Part shown: one piece after another, positions 27,571-45,260 of the stretch
Layout of the letters: the number at the start of each line of letters is the position of its first letter
Position numbering within the stretch: the first letter of the stretch is position 1
Assembly (NCBI GenBank): GCA_964016885.1
Contig: OZ024742.1
Span: 256,742,001 to 256,806,000 of the forward strand
Length of the DNA stretch: 64,000 bases
Reading direction: 5' to 3'
Source: Eledone cirrhosa
Taxonomy: Eukaryota
The notes under the pieces: model-generated
The model's database searches: none
What the model was told of the DNA's origin: nothing
The model's input: only the letters and a program-made list of their open reading frames with translations
Position numbers and translations under genes: made by a program

Positions 27571-28423
27571 GCCAAATCCTTATGAACAGTTTATCTAGAG
27601 AGTGAGAAGCGCAAACCATATCTATGGCATCATTTGAATTTAACGTTCAATAATCCGGAAGAAATTACCTAAAGCATTTGTTGCGCTCCTGTATGAATCT
27701 GCCAAGTGCTTTCAAGCGTCATCTAGTGGTTAATTACCGGCAATTGTGTCACTAAAAGATTAAGTAGTTCTTCGCACGATCATAAGTTCCTGAGGTCGGT
27801 TCCCAGCGGTGCGTTTTCTCTTTGAGCAGGACATTCTACTTTCACGTTGGTCTACTTATCTCAGCTGAGAAAAAAATGTTATTTTTGTAATTGAATCTGT
27901 CAACTTGTTTCTTCGCACACTTTATCCTACTGGGAACTAAATCAGGGAAACTACCTTTACTAAAAAGGTTAACTACATTCGTGTTACTTTCATGAGTAGG
28001 TTTTTCCGTCCTTCATGAAATTGGATCTCTCATCGTTTAAACCGACGGATATCCAACATTTATTCAAAATGATCTAGAATATTTTTTTAATGAAGCATTA
28101 TTGATGTTTCGAAATCTTCCCTTGATTTCTAATGCTCATAAGACACGGATCTGAATATTCTATAAACTGAAATCTTATAACGAGTTATTTCTTTCAAAGG
28201 GAATCTATGTTTTATTTAGTTGATAAAAGTTCATTTAATTATTAAACTCTATACAGTATAATAAAACTTCTAATACACACACACACACACACACCCAGGC
28301 ACACACACTTACACACACACATATATATATATCCATGTCACATGCACATGGATATATATATGTGTATCATATATATATATATACACACACACACACTCAC
28401 ACACACATATATATGCGTGTGTT

Positions 28424-28470
<47 letters not shown>

Positions 28471-28576
28471 TAACACACGCATATATATGTGTGTTTGAGT
28501 GTGTATGTTTGTGTGTATATATATATATATATACACAAACACACACACTCAAACACACATATATATGCGTGTGTTA

Positions 28577-28614
<38 letters not shown>

Positions 28615-28617
28615 CAC

Positions 28618-28706
<89 letters not shown>

Positions 28707-31700
28707 ATACACATATATATCTCCATGTGCAGACGACATGATGCACTGTTTAAGAAGCTCGCTTCGTAATCATTAGGTCAGTGAGACAATCCATGCCTCG
28801 TTGGTGAAAGTAGGTGGACGTGTACTGCTTGGAATCCCATTGGATGTACTGCACTTGAAATTCGAACAAATGGCACGTATCGTGTAAACCGATGTTGGTC
28901 ATTTCCGTTTCAACATATATGAATGCGATGGAACGCCGAAGTTATCGACGATGAGTGATCCAGTCGTTCGAACAACGGAATGACTTGCTCCTGTTATGAA
29001 CGTGTAATTGACTGAGCATTTCACAGATACGTGTAATATTACCGTAACCCTTAAAGAGATTCATTGGGACACTGGATGTAAAATCGCTGCCTCTTTGAAT
29101 TATCGTTACAATACTTTTCCGTCAGCTGAGTGGACCAGAGTACTGAGAAATGAACGACACATCACGCTAACTAATAAGACATTGTATTTAAAACATTCAA
29201 AATGCATCTGAATAAACAATCTATATAACATTATAATGGCTATTAACTTGAAGCCATTAGAGTATATCATTTTATATTATATATGATGAGGACGGTGGAT
29301 TGGCCGTATTGTCAGATCATCGGGCGCATTTTGATTTCAAATTCCGTAAATCTTAGCTTTACTTTTCATTATTGTGTGGTTGATAAAATAAAGCATCACT
29401 AACATACTAGGGTTGACTTAATACATTTTCACATTCCTTTCAAATTGCTGGCCAAATGTAGAAACAATTAGGATAGGTATGACAGATTTTCCGTCGGATT
29501 TTGGCGGTAAGCATTTTGTGGACGAATTGACTGATAGAATATCACACTCATTATATTAAAACGCAAGTGAGTAATTTGTCCATCATTACTGTACACTTAA
29601 TGTGAATTCCCGAGCGAAATCATGAATACAACATTTATAAAAAGGCTGGCCTGCAGCATTACATATACAATCTATCAATTATCAAAGGGTAAATTTCCAG
29701 AATTATTTGCGTCTTATGTTATGGCTTCTTACATTCTTAGTTCAAATCCTGCCAAAGTGAGCTTTGTCTTTCGTACTTACGGATCGATAAAATAAAGTAA
29801 CGCGGAAACGTCTATTTAATCGACTTTCTTCTCCATTTATATTGCTTCTGTAGTGGTAAGGTAGACTCTGCTATAGTATATGTGGTTGAGTATTCAAAAG
29901 CTATTTCAAAAAAAGACGAATGCCAATGCAAATCAGCCCAACTTTAGTGTAATCAATCGAACATAGATTCCGTTTATCTAATTCCACTGATAATTTGATT
30001 GACAATAACAATATCAACTAAGGCAATACTCGGTTACATTAGAATTCAATTGCCTTAGAATAGGCGCAGTGAGACTGAAACCAAACCACGGGATTGCGAC
30101 GCGAAGCTACTTTACCACAAAGCCATGCTTGCGTCAGTTATATACGATGATATATAAGTGATGACTTAATCATACTCTGCACTATCATTGTAAGAGTTTT
30201 TATATTAAATTTGTTCATACCTTGAAGTAAACATATTTCAAAGTTAAACGTGAACACAGTTCTTGCTTGGAGGCAAAGATTTGGAATTAAATGCTACTGT
30301 GTCTGCCCAAGGCATTCAGTATATCTGTAAGGATGAATACTCGAACTGCCAACTATATATATCCATTGAAAGAAATATGACTGCAGGGCCTTAGTAACGT
30401 ATTATATAGCATATACGTGTGGTTCCTTAATGGAACCTCGGTCATTAATTGTTCATATTATCGGCATATAGTTTTGGATGTAAATCTGTTGGGGAGATAG
30501 TATCAAAAGTGTCTGATTGTTAAATATAGTACACGTAAATTTATATTTAAGTTTCAAACATACATCCTATGGATTCACGTACAATGAGTATGATCATATT
30601 TTGATTGGATCAACATTATCAGCATCTACGTTCAAGAAGACGTGAAAGAGAGAGAGCGAGAGAATACATTCGCTTAGAATTTGTAATGACACCTGATACA
30701 TGGTCACTGAAAGAATGGAATGCGAAGTTAACCTCAAGGAGAATTGAACTTTCTAATACTTCGGCACAGCCCGTCTTCCCTCATGGATTATTAGTGACGA
30801 TAAACTATGGGTTTAACAAGATCTATAGTGTTTTGTAATAACTTTATCAAAGTCCATATAAATTTACGAGCAATTCTTCCTGCACCACTAGTTCGTGTTC
30901 ACCCTTAATTCGCTCTGAAACACTGATTTATGGTGATCCAGAGATTAATCGGTTGCGTAATTTCCCTTTTTTACCAATAGTTTATGAATTAGCCAATCCC
31001 TGGTGTAATTTATGCCTGGTCTTTAAAATTTTAGTTATTTGCGAATAAATTTCATCCAACCAATCCTTGTGATTGCGTGTCTTGAATCATGAAATATTAA
31101 ATGAAATTATATAAATGCATTTGAAATCCACTCACGACTCACCAGAAAACATAGAGGAATCGGAAGATTCGATTCGTTACAACGTCCAGTAGAATGTTTT
31201 CCGGTATTTTTTCTAGCTTTCTGTGCTCTGAATTCAATTCCAACCGAGGTCAAAATTCAATGTTCAACTTTTTAAGGTCGACGAATAAAGTAATAAATTT
31301 AGATCTGGATCTGATTTCCTTCTATATTACTTTTATTTCCGCTTTCTCCTTGATTCCCCCTTACGTTTATTCAGACATTGTTTGGGTTGGATTTTGTTAT
31401 GTTTGAATGTGCCTCTGACTACATAAGAAAATCACAGGTCGTGGATTGATGGTCATGCCACATAAGGAGGCACAACATCTCTACTGAGGGAAACAGATAT
31501 TACCTTCTACTGATTTGCAATATTTTTGTCATTTAAATCCTGCATTGTTGAACTCGGAGGGTTTAGATGACTAAGCACAGAGAACAAAAATGCATTGGGT
31601 GGAGTTAGGGGTGGTGTTTACTTTAAGAAGCTGGTGGGGTTTACTATCAGAAGCCGTTAAGAAATCGTACACAATTAATTGAGACAATGGCAATTTTGCA

Positions 31701-32831
31701 TATCATCTACCGGAATATATATCAAAGCAAAAACAATTATAGTAGATGAAGACGCCAGGATTGAAATCAGAGCACAGTAACTAAAACAAATTTGTGTTCC
31801 AGCTAATTATAAATACATGTCACCTCATACTATGTAAGGAGTTTTGGATAGTATTAGTACAATACTATTCGTGTTAAATCACTGACATTGCAAACATTGC
31901 TATTATTATATATAAACAAAGGCTCTTTTGGTGTAGTATTAAATATGTACAGGAGCATGGCTCAAGGTTTAGAAAGTCGCAATCATTAGGTTCCCGGCTG
32001 ATACCCATTAAGTGACATGTTGGTCAAGAAACATTTACCTTAGCCTACTATCGAATCATCCCTTGTGAAGGAAATTGAATAGAACGAAATTATTTGTAAG
32101 CCCATCAGGTAGACTGGAATTCTATTTCAGAGGCGGGAGCCATGTTACACACTGTCTCAAACCGAAACTCCATGGGAATCATATTAAGTTAACTATTGTT
32201 TATTGAAAGCTAAGCCACATGCATGTTAATCTTATAAGCGGGCTGTTCCGTTGATGAAATAAGTAGAGTATCCGCCATCAAAATTCTGGGGGGATCATTC
32301 CCTTAAATACAATAGTACATGTCCATTGTGTAATGAAGGAGCTGTCTCTCCTATACCTGCTTGGGTGAACAGCGAAGTACAAAAAATTGACTAAATGAAT
32401 TTGAGGTAGAAATCATATTTGGATGCTAAGTGGACTATTGAAACGTGAAATTGAACGTATAAACTTACATTTGTGAGCCGAACACCTGAAGCTCTATGCC
32501 ACGGGATTTCACAAACAACCACGTATATTTTTAACTAACCGATAGTTCCTCCTTAGGTTTGGTAGCAAACGAATTCATATCACTGGCCGTTTCGTGTTTT
32601 AAGAAATGCTCGCTTCGTCAATTCACACATGAAATAAAATTAATACAATTTGAATATTGAAACGAGTGAGGAGAATCAATATTATGGTAAATAAAATGTT
32701 TCATAACATTCGTTCATATTTTCAGCGCCCTGAGTTCAAATCTCATCGACATCCAATGCGATACGTGAAATTCCAAACAAATACTGAGGTCAAATTAACT
32801 CTTTTCGATGATTTCGCTTTCTAAGATGTTT

Positions 32832-32940
<109 letters not shown>

Positions 32941-33275
32941 TTCTCTCTCGCTCGCTCTTTCCCTATCTATCTATCTATCTGAATAAATTACATCACCAGT
33001 ATCCATGACTGACGTCGTACAGACTGGAGCTTGAATAAAAATAATGCCCAGGACACGCCGCTACAACGACGGCTTACGTCTCAGAATCGCAGATACCTAA
33101 AAATAAGATACGTTTTAAGAAATAGTCAATAGCCAGAGATCTATATTGCAAGCAAAATATTGCCTCATCACATGATATATATCATTGAAATATATATCGA
33201 TTAGTTTATACTTCAGATAGTTTTCAGTAATAAAATTAAATCAAGACTAAATGTTTGTAATTGTTGAGACGCTAT

Positions 33276-33336
<61 letters not shown>

Positions 33337-33762
33337 TATATATATATGTCTGTGTGTGTGTATGTTGTGTGTGTGACAATGTCAGAGCAGGCTACAGCCT
33401 GTTACTGGTAGCATGTAGTCCTGCACAGAGGGCTTCAAGGTTGAATGGCCTGCTTCCGCACCAGACCGTGAACTTGTGAGGAGTTTAGTTGGAAACCTGG
33501 CAGCATAAAATAACAAAAACAAGAGTTGTTAAGATAGTGGGTGAATCCCTCAGAATCAATGGCCATTCCCCACAACAAGAGTTTATATAGCATCAATAAC
33601 CCGCAATTGATGAATATAGTTACACCACTGAGATGTACAAGACCAAAGAGAAAGCGGTGGAGGTTAACCAGGGAGAGGTTCCTGCAACAAGAGTGAGAAA
33701 GTCCTGCAATATATCGGATTCGATTGACACACGACTACACACACAGCCATTTAATATATATA

Positions 33763-33837
<75 letters not shown>

Positions 33838-34068
33838 GTGACCTTTTTTGTTTTTTTTTACAAAATGAAAAATAACCGAAGTGTCCTACACGAGTGAAAG
33901 TATCAAGAAAAAAAGATGAAATCGAAAATGCAACTGGAGTCTTATTTTTTTTTTTAAATATATATATTTATTTGGTTCCTTTACCGGTATCGCAGTTCCT
34001 CTGCTTTTCAAAAGTAGAGTTGAGATGGAGGGTCTGTGGTTTTTATATTTATATATATAAATGTATAT

Positions 34069-34134
<66 letters not shown>

Positions 34135-34898
34135 TAAACATGGGTGAAGGCACCTGGCATAGATTCTAGGATGTTCCACTGCTGATGTTCGGAATGTTGT
34201 GAGGTTCATTCACAGGAGGGAGTTATTTTCTTGAGCTTGATACTTAATTCCACGTTGCATCAGTCCACTCGACTGTAAAAACGGGTTGTATCTGCAGTTC
34301 AATTTTACAGCCTAAATAACACTGTCACACTGAGTCTCAGCGAAGTTTGTGTTAATGGAATTCGTATTTGTAGATTTCCCCGACATTGCCAGCAAAAGTT
34401 GCGTTTAATCAACAAACCAACACCCTCATCATTGGAACCGACTGAGTTCCAAAAGATATTGCAAGCAATATATTTCTCCATAACATGAAATATATCGTTG
34501 AGATATTTATCGATTTTTTATACATTTCAATAATAAAATTAAATCGTTTCATTCCGGACTAGAATTGTTGGTATTGGTGTGTGGCTATCATATATATTAT
34601 ATCTATGGTGGACGGGCTTCATTCGGTTTCGAAGATGAGTGTTCTTGTTGTTCGACCAAATGAGCAGTCTGCTTGTGAAAATATCGCATAATATCACATA
34701 CATTCTCCTGCGTATCTCCAGAGCAAATGGTTCTAAGGGTGGACAACAGAATGAATGTGCAGTCGCAAGGTTTATGGTATGGAGTGATATACGGCAATTG
34801 ATTGCAGTACACATCAATAATATTGGTGCATAGAACAATGGATTATTTAAATAATTCACCTTGTCTCACTCTTTCATTGTTTAACAATACAGGCACAT

Positions 34899-34980
<82 letters not shown>

Positions 34981-35062
34981 TATAATCAAAGTTTAGCAAA
35001 TAGTGAAAAAGTTTTAAAACAAATTTTAAAAGGTTTACTGTACCTATATATATATATATATA

Positions 35063-35508
35063 TAACGAAGGAAATGTGGTAAGGAACCAGGTGGACCACA
35101 ACGCACCAAAGTACTCAATACTTAGGGTAGTAGAGTGGGTAATAGGAACGAGTAGGACCCCGACGGCTGAGCTCAAGCCGTTTCGACGGCTAATTCTGGA
35201 CTAAAAGAATTAGTCCAGAATTAGCCGTCGAAACGGGTTGAGCTCAGCCGTCGGGGTCCTACTCGTTCCTATATATTTATATATATATATATATATAACA
35301 AAGGAATTGTCGTAAGTAACCAAATGGACCATAACGCACCAGACTACTCTATACTTAGGGTAGGTAGTAGAGTGGGAAATAGGAAAATATATGACACCGA
35401 CGGCAGAGCTCAAGCCGTTTCGACGCCTATTTCAGGGGACTGAAATTTCACGTCCTGAAATAGCCGTCGAAACGGCTTGAGCTCTGCCGTCGGGGTCATA
35501 CTTTTTCC

Positions 35509-35510
<2 letters not shown>
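35063..35510. repeat. Two adjacent related fold-back palindromic elements containing the 3' half of an HHR
   Basis: Palindromes 35142-35272 and about 35380-35510; GAAAC-ggc ttgagctc(a/t) gcc-GTC-ggggtc. Confidence 0.7.
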
Positions 35511-35540
<30 letters not shown>

Positions 35541-35553
35541 CACATATATATAC

Positions 35554-35584
<31 letters not shown>

Positions 35585-35657
35585 TATGTATGTGTATAAT
35601 ATATTATATATATACGTATATTATCCACATACATATATATATACATATATATATGTA

Positions 35658-35793
<136 letters not shown>

Positions 35794-36974
35794 AGTTAAG
35801 CAATAAATGGAATTACGGCCAACACAAACAGAATAGAGAAAATATTTTATTCGAAGATATATAATTTTTGCTGCAGACCATTTCGAATAACAAACTCTTC
35901 AATGCTTTGTATTGTGGGTTTGGTAGGCACAATCAAGTGGTTGGGAATTGTGTGGTGTTGACCGAAATTCTGCTGTTAATAGATGCTGTTAATATGCCGT
36001 TAATGAAAATCACACGGCCCACTGCCACAATATTTATTTGTACTAAATTCAAAGTGATTATACCTTGGCCGAAACCCAGCGTAGTGTGACGGCCAATAAA
36101 ATTATAAAAAAGTAATGAAGAGTTGGGATGAATGTCGTGTTAAATAAATGAAGGAAAATAAATTATGAAAAATATATTAAGAGTAAATATAAATATCAAT
36201 ATACATATATAATGGCTATAAACTTATTTTCATTGTTTCGTTTAAACAATTGTTTAAGGGTGGGTAGATACCACTTGTATGTGTATGTTTCTATTACGAA
36301 AAAATGTCAACAACCATACACTGACTTTCCCTAGCGACTGGCTTAAAGACCGTCCTTATCCCAGCAATGTAAAAGAAATGTTATAACACACCATGTGTAT
36401 TCATATATTGAAGAGGAGGATGTTAATTAATTTATTAATTCCAAGTACTGAAGGAATGGAAACAAACTTTGTCGTCTTGTGTGTAATTTGTAAAGTCATT
36501 AGACTGTCAGTCGGGTTTGTAATGCATACCAAATATGTTTTAATAGCAGTAATGCTAATGAATTATGAGGTGAGGGATAAAAAATGCTAGGTAAAATTAA
36601 ATTGAAATAAATTAAATTAGTAGCTAGTTTTGGGTCTTATAGTTCGCTCAGTATTAAATTACACGTGGAATATAATACAATTATATACTATAAAACAAAA
36701 TATTAAACTATAGAAATCTAAAGAAAAATAAGGTTTAGATCAAAAGTAAATTTTACATTGCGTATCATGAATATCCCTTTGTTGTTATAATACAAGATAA
36801 CTACATAGAATGTTAAATTATGATTGAATTACGGGGGTGGGGTAGTTAAATATAGTAAATAAGTAAAAGAGGTAGCGAAATGGAATTAATGAACGATAAC
36901 GATTAAAACATAGTTGGAGCTATTGCAAGTAAAGTATTCGGGCTTGCATCAGCACACATGAAATAGAGCTGATC

Positions 36975-38545
<1,571 letters not shown>

Positions 38546-39484
38546 TATTTTGAAAGCCAGCATTATGTAACGCTGGCAGTCAGAATTTGGTTGGGTTAAG
38601 TTATTTTAGACGTATTATAAAATAAATGTTAGTGTATGCCTGTATTGTGTCGATGGTCAGGATCTAACCAGCCAAAACATCGGCCATGATCTCGATATGT
38701 TCATGAAATATCTTATATCCACACCTAGTAGACTACAGTTAAAATGTATTACTCAATTGTGTCAATTTCAATCTAATCTCATACACACAAAGGCTTTAAT
38801 ACGAAACAATTTAGATAGTTAGATACATCAACAAAAAGACTCGTCACTCAATCACAGTCTTTATGAATTTAATAGCTAGTATAAGTATGCAAAGCACAAA
38901 CTTGCCTTCTATTAAGAATATCGTTGATAGAGCAACATTCTACTACACTAACACCGTAGCTAATAACAGATTTATGGAACATATACTGTGCCCATTCACC
39001 TACACACTACTACTAGACATAAGAGAAATAGAGATAAATGATATAGTTTGCACACATTCCCTTCATCAATATGAAGGCATATTTAGGAAAGAAATTCATA
39101 GCAATTATTCACACACACACACACACATACACACACAGACATATATATTCTTGTCTGTCCCTTCGTTTCCCTTTAACGCTTTCTATATCTTGGCATATTC
39201 TGCTCACTCGGAACTCCTTCATGTTTGAAAGAACATAGCATGAATATTAGAAAATGGAGTGAATTTAAGCTGAAGATCAATCTAAATACCTCAGTGAAAA
39301 TCTGAAAGAAATGGTCAGAGGAACAATTGTACCTAAATGTCATGTCTTTTTATCTAATAAAGTTATCTATCTCTTAATACATACAGAGAATACATGCATA
39401 GACATTAACATATACATACACACACTCCCATGTATATATATAAAGATAGATATGTGTGGTGGGTGTATATATATATATATATAC

Positions 39485-39534
<50 letters not shown>

Positions 39535-39681
39535 ATAGATATGTGTGGGGGGTGTGTATATATATACATGGATAAGAAATGATTTTAAGTAAGTATCTAT
39601 TGTTAAATCTGCAAATTTTACTTTGATGTAAACAATAATAAAGGCTCATTATATTTGTCCAAATTATCTGGTAAATTTGGC

Positions 39682-39724
<43 letters not shown>

Positions 39725-40204
39725 GTAATAATAACAACAATAAAGAAGGAGAATCAATGGTAGTCAGGGAGACCACAAGGAATTTCTGAATATTCCTGTG
39801 AGAAAAAGGCAGCTGCATTTTCGTTAAGTATAGAACAGTAATTCAAATATTTGCAATTAGAGGCGGAATCCAATTCTAGGATTTGCACATATTTTTTTCT
39901 TCTTCTTCTCCTTTTTTTCATCTTTATTACTTGAAATAATGTTATTATGGGAATATCGAATTCACAAGGACTAAGCACCACAAGTTATTATAGTTAAAAT
40001 AATGTTATTGATTAAGAATTATTGGAAATTATACATGTATGATACATGTATAAATGTGTATCTAGGTACGTGTATATGTATGGATACGCACGCACACGCA
40101 CACAGACACATATATAAATTCATATTTATATGTATATTCATTTTTATATATAGAAATTGATATTCACACTTTTTCAAACATATATATATATATATATAAA
40201 TGTG

Positions 40205-40275
<71 letters not shown>

Positions 40276-40501
40276 AGAGAGAGAAAGAGTGATTGAGAGA
40301 GAGAGAGAGAGAGTGTGTGAGAGAGAGAGAGAGAGAGAGGGGGGGACAGACATACAGACAGAAAGGAAATACTCAACAGATTTCAGTGAGTTGCCAACCG
40401 TACACATGTGTATGAATCTGCGGGTCAGAATTTCTGGATCTGGTTATTGTATTGCAAATTTGGTTGATACACCCAAGAGTTCGACCAGTTAGCCCACATG
40501 A

Positions 40502-40546
<45 letters not shown>

Positions 40547-40712
40547 ACCCACTCTCACTAAGCATGCAACTAATACTATTTATAACTTGTACTCCTGCGT
40601 AGTCTGTATTTTTATTGTATTCTGAACTATATATATATACAATAGAAAAGGAGGGAACATAATAATAGTACCACTGATGATGCTGCAGATGTGCAACGAA
40701 ATATCTTTGATA

Positions 40713-40780
<68 letters not shown>

Positions 40781-40980
40781 TTTTAACCGTTGGTCAATCA
40801 ATGATAAACGGTGATTGCCAAATAAATTAACTATGGAGATATAACAAATACAGAAACGAAAACCAACCAAACAGTAAGTGTGTCCTGTTATTATTTCTGG
40901 CAATTTTATCACAACAATATGACTCTCCCCAAGTATAACAATATATATATATATATATATAAGTATGTATCATTTTTTCC

Positions 40981-41069
<89 letters not shown>

Positions 41070-41543
41070 AATATTAGTAAAGGTAAGTAAGGTTCCATAC
41101 AAAACAGTGGATATAGAGAAAAGGTGAAGTTGGAAATAGCACGGAAAATATATTTACGGGTCTGTTTTTCTTGTTTTTATCTTTTCTTTGATTCCTCAAA
41201 GTGACAATGTTGAAAATATAACATTATTGAAAAAATGAGAAGTACAATTCTTTTTAAAAAAAGGTGTAATTTATGATGTATATAAAATATTACCAGATTC
41301 GATGTATTATCAAAATTCATCTTATCAAATGTTGAATATTGAAATATAATTAAAAACAATTAATAGGAGTTAAAAACTGAAAAATAAAGATTTAAAATAA
41401 ACATTAAATGTTGGAGTAAGGTTTCTTCGATTCCTCTTGCTCAAAATTTGGTTGGAGAATGAGTTCATGGGTTGATGGATTTTTTTTTTAAAAAGAAAAA
41501 CAGACATTTAAACATATTTTCCGTTCTATTTCCAATTTCACCT

Positions 41544-41624
<81 letters not shown>

Positions 41625-41654
41625 CTGGGGATCGATTTGTTATTGATTATGCGA

Positions 41655-41768
41655 TACCAGCTGATGAAGCCGCATAAGCCGATTGTGCAATGGCCATAAT
41701 ATATGCAGACGGATGGTGCAGTGCACCTTACTGCTGCATTAGTGCGGCAGAAACACGAGTCGGGGTAC
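41655..41768 (+). ncRNA. HHR with long branched stem II
   Basis: tacc-ag-CTGATGA-a-gccgca...tgcggc-a-GAAAC-acga-GTC-ggggta; stem I partly mismatched. Confidence 0.6.
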
Positions 41769-41912
41769 CATTATAAGCACATGTCTTACGTGTGTTGTGT
41801 TGAAACAAATAACTATATGTATACTCTGGGAATGTATCTTACAATGCCCATTAAGTACGCTGATATACAACCGGTACAGGCATTGATAAATATGCTGGGT
41901 CCGTCAACTGCT

Positions 41913-41993
<81 letters not shown>

Positions 41994-42004
41994 TATATAT
42001 GTAC

Positions 42005-42036
<32 letters not shown>

Positions 42037-43186
42037 ATTATATATACACACATATATACATATATATATATACATAAATAAATATATTATCGGAGAAAGA
42101 TTTTTAGCGATACTCCGGCCAAATCCCAACTCACTCAACAAACATTAGGAAGTAAGTGAGTATATTCCTAATTAAACGTTCGGGGTGCTAACTAATTGTA
42201 TTGTGTGGAAAATTGGCTGTATTATTTCATGAGATATATCGAATATATCTCTTCCCAGACGGACTTCTCGTTTCATTGTAAGATTGCTACAATTTGGGTG
42301 AAATTATACCAATTATACCAATTTAAGCTTGTATAAGATCAACAGATACTTATTCAAGTGGGCTCTTATAATTCTTCAGTGACTGTCCAATAATACTAAT
42401 ATTGCTAATCATATCAACATCTGTATTTAGCGATAATGACCATTAGTTCTTGAGGTAGCTGATAGCTTGCTATTCTAGCAGTTCTAAAGAAATTCTCAAA
42501 CTGATTCAAAAATGACGAAGAATATTACCTCCAAAAAACAATACATGCGCAGGACAAGGAATTTTAAAAGGAATTCAGGCCACGTGCTAGAACTCAATTG
42601 GAATTTGAAAAAATATCCATGTGTGTACATCGTTTGATGACACACATAGATATTTTCTCGGGCAAAATAACAGAATGAGATACAAGAAACAATCAATATT
42701 CATATATCAAGCAATAAACAAAGATTATAGACACCATATATTTTTCCGTGGGTACTTAATACCTACAGGAATATGTATATCATTTATCTGTATTCTCCTT
42801 AATGTTGAGAAAAAAATGTTGTATCATGCTGCTCTTTCTAGTAACAGGAAATATCAACGAGTCTATAGTACCCGCTTTTCTTACGGCCTATTTGTGTGGG
42901 GGTCATTTTAACGGCTTGATTCATTCACAGGGCAGAAAGCGATACATCTACTTACTGGGATTTATATCTAGTAAGTTTGAAAAAGCTAACTGAAGAGCTA
43001 TATCTTTCCATTGGAAATTCTTTGAATTTCCAATCATTTGATAAGCGAAACCGTCGGTCATGGCAATAGAAGAGGTACAAATTTAAATCGTATTTTAACT
43101 TATGTAAAAGATTGTTTAATGCCTACTCGTTCCGCTCATATATATATATAAATTAGACAATTATCAAAGTTGTGTGCAAATCAATT

Positions 43187-43238
43187 AATAGCTGACAATC
43201 GTTTCTTCCAAACTTTCGTTTGGAATCATCGGAGCATT
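43187..43238 (-). ncRNA. HHR (U4C decayed core) downstream of the Naiad-like fragment
   Basis: aatgct-CCGATGA-ttccaaac gaaa gtttggaa-GAAAC-gatt-GTC-agctatt. Confidence 0.7.
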
Positions 43239-43499
43239 ATCAATGTTTGTAGATATAAATAACCTCCTATTCAACTGAATCATCATATAGATAGATAGAT
43301 ATATATTGATGTTGTAACTAACAAGGTTGAGAAGAAAGCCTTAGGCAAGTTCGTAGAGACGTTTAGATTGAAAGGGGGATTGAAGAAGGTATTAGTTCTT
43401 CTATTTTCGTATTTTGTCATGTATTTTTAGGTATTTGTATTCCTGTTCATATTACTATTGTGGTGTTTACTTTGGTGCGTGTTAAGTTTGATATTACCT

Positions 43500-44960
43500 T
43501 TCGTATTACAGTTATAGTGGCTAGTACTTTTATTATTTTTCCCCATGGCCATATTGTGAGAAATAATGTTGTAACTATGTGATTTTATAGGTAGGAATTC
43601 AATCCCATACTTATGTCCTGATTTAGCTAAGGCCTCATTATAGTATTGGGAATTATTGTTAAATATGGTTTCGTTATATGATAGATTAGAAATTCTATTA
43701 GATATTCCTTTAGTAATTTAGTTTAATGTAGATTTAGGGTGGTTAGAGTTGCTAATCACATGAATTAGTTTTTCGTTTGGTTTATGAAAGGGTGTGTATA
43801 TTTTAGAGCCCAGGCAAAGGGTATCATCAAGGAAGTTAACGTGTTTAGTGTTTTTATCTAAGGTGATACTTAAGTTGACGTTTTTGAAACTGTTGTGTAA
43901 TTGTTTCCTAGTTTTTTCTATATTAAATTTGTTATAGTCTATAAGCCTGGGCGGCGTGCAATAGCTTGAGATCGGTGTGGAAGTCGGACCTTCGTAAAGA
44001 CCTGAAAATCCGCCTCTTCATTGCTGTAGTGGAGTCTGTGCTGCTGTACGGGTCTGGGACTTGGACACTGACCAACAAACTCACTCAGATGGTGGATGGG
44101 TGCTACACGAGAATGCTGAGGATGGCTCTGAAAATTAATCAGTATACACTGAGGATGAAAAACTCAGAGCCCTATGGGAGCCTCCCAAAAGTCAGCTCAA
44201 AAGTGACATAGAGGAGACTGAGGTTAGCTGGACATCCTCACCGACATCTACATTTGACATTGCACTGGAAGAGGAAGACCAGGGTTAACGTATGTTTATG
44301 CCCTAAGAACAGACACTGGTCTGTTGGAGACGCAGGACATGGCAGCGATAATGAGCGACAGAGACCGCTGGAGAGAACTCGTCCATGGATCTCAGCAATT
44401 TTACCCGACCTAGAATAGTCTATAAGGAGTAGTGCATAATCGGGGTATAAACCACCATTGAGGTAGGGTAGGTTCTTATGAATTTCATTCAGTAGATATG
44501 GGCCCACCAAATCAGTGACATGCGCCGAACGACTAGATCCCATATTTATGTCAAAGTTGTTATGCATATCCTTGCGGGTCCATAATTGATCTTCAAATGT
44601 AATTATGGTTTTTCGGGGCGCAAGTATGACATCAATTTGGGATCTAGTCAGGTCACTATTGTTCATGGCCATAATTAAACCATATTTTATAGGATAGCGG
44701 AAATAGAGGTGTAGTATGAATTGATATCAAATTGTATAAATTGATGTTCTTACATTGAGCTATTTTTCTTACTGGTAATAAGGTAGTAGGAAATTACTGA
44801 TTTTTCCTGATTATAGTTATTTATAGTATATACATAACTATAAATAATATTATTATTATTATTAACTGCTCCATATAGTTGAGCTAACATACATTAAATT
44901 ACCAGTATGCTTATCATTGTTCCTTTCTACTATTTCTTTTTATATATTTATAAACTTGTC
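43500..44960 (-). mobile_element. Degenerate Naiad-like PLE RT fragment interrupted by an RTE insertion
   Basis: NFDINMGS..TDLVGPYLL..NGGLYPD; frame resumes as NIEKTRKQLH..VNFLD left of the insertion. Confidence 0.75.
43946..44414 (+). mobile_element. 5'-truncated RTE-like LINE with a 12-bp TSD
   Basis: KIRLFIAVVESVLLYGSGTW..DGCYTRMLR, RLRLAGH; atagtctataag at 43934-43945 and 44415-44426. Confidence 0.85.
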
Positions 44961-44979
44961 TGTTACTTTTCTACATCCG

Positions 44980-45017
<38 letters not shown>

Positions 45018-45162
45018 ATAATAATAAATTTGAAGAATAAAATCCAAAGAGGGCTCGATAAGGCTAAATATATATCAAATATATAATAACCGTAGAGCAA
45101 ATATTTACCAAAATAACAGATTAAAGTTTAAGCAAAGAATCACTGCTTTCACCCTTAATCTG

Positions 45163-45259
<97 letters not shown>

Positions 45260-45260
<1 letters not shown>

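Noticed and set aside
42490-43075. Coding-looking stretch, possible exon or transposase relic
   Set aside because: Multiple stops and no recognisable motif
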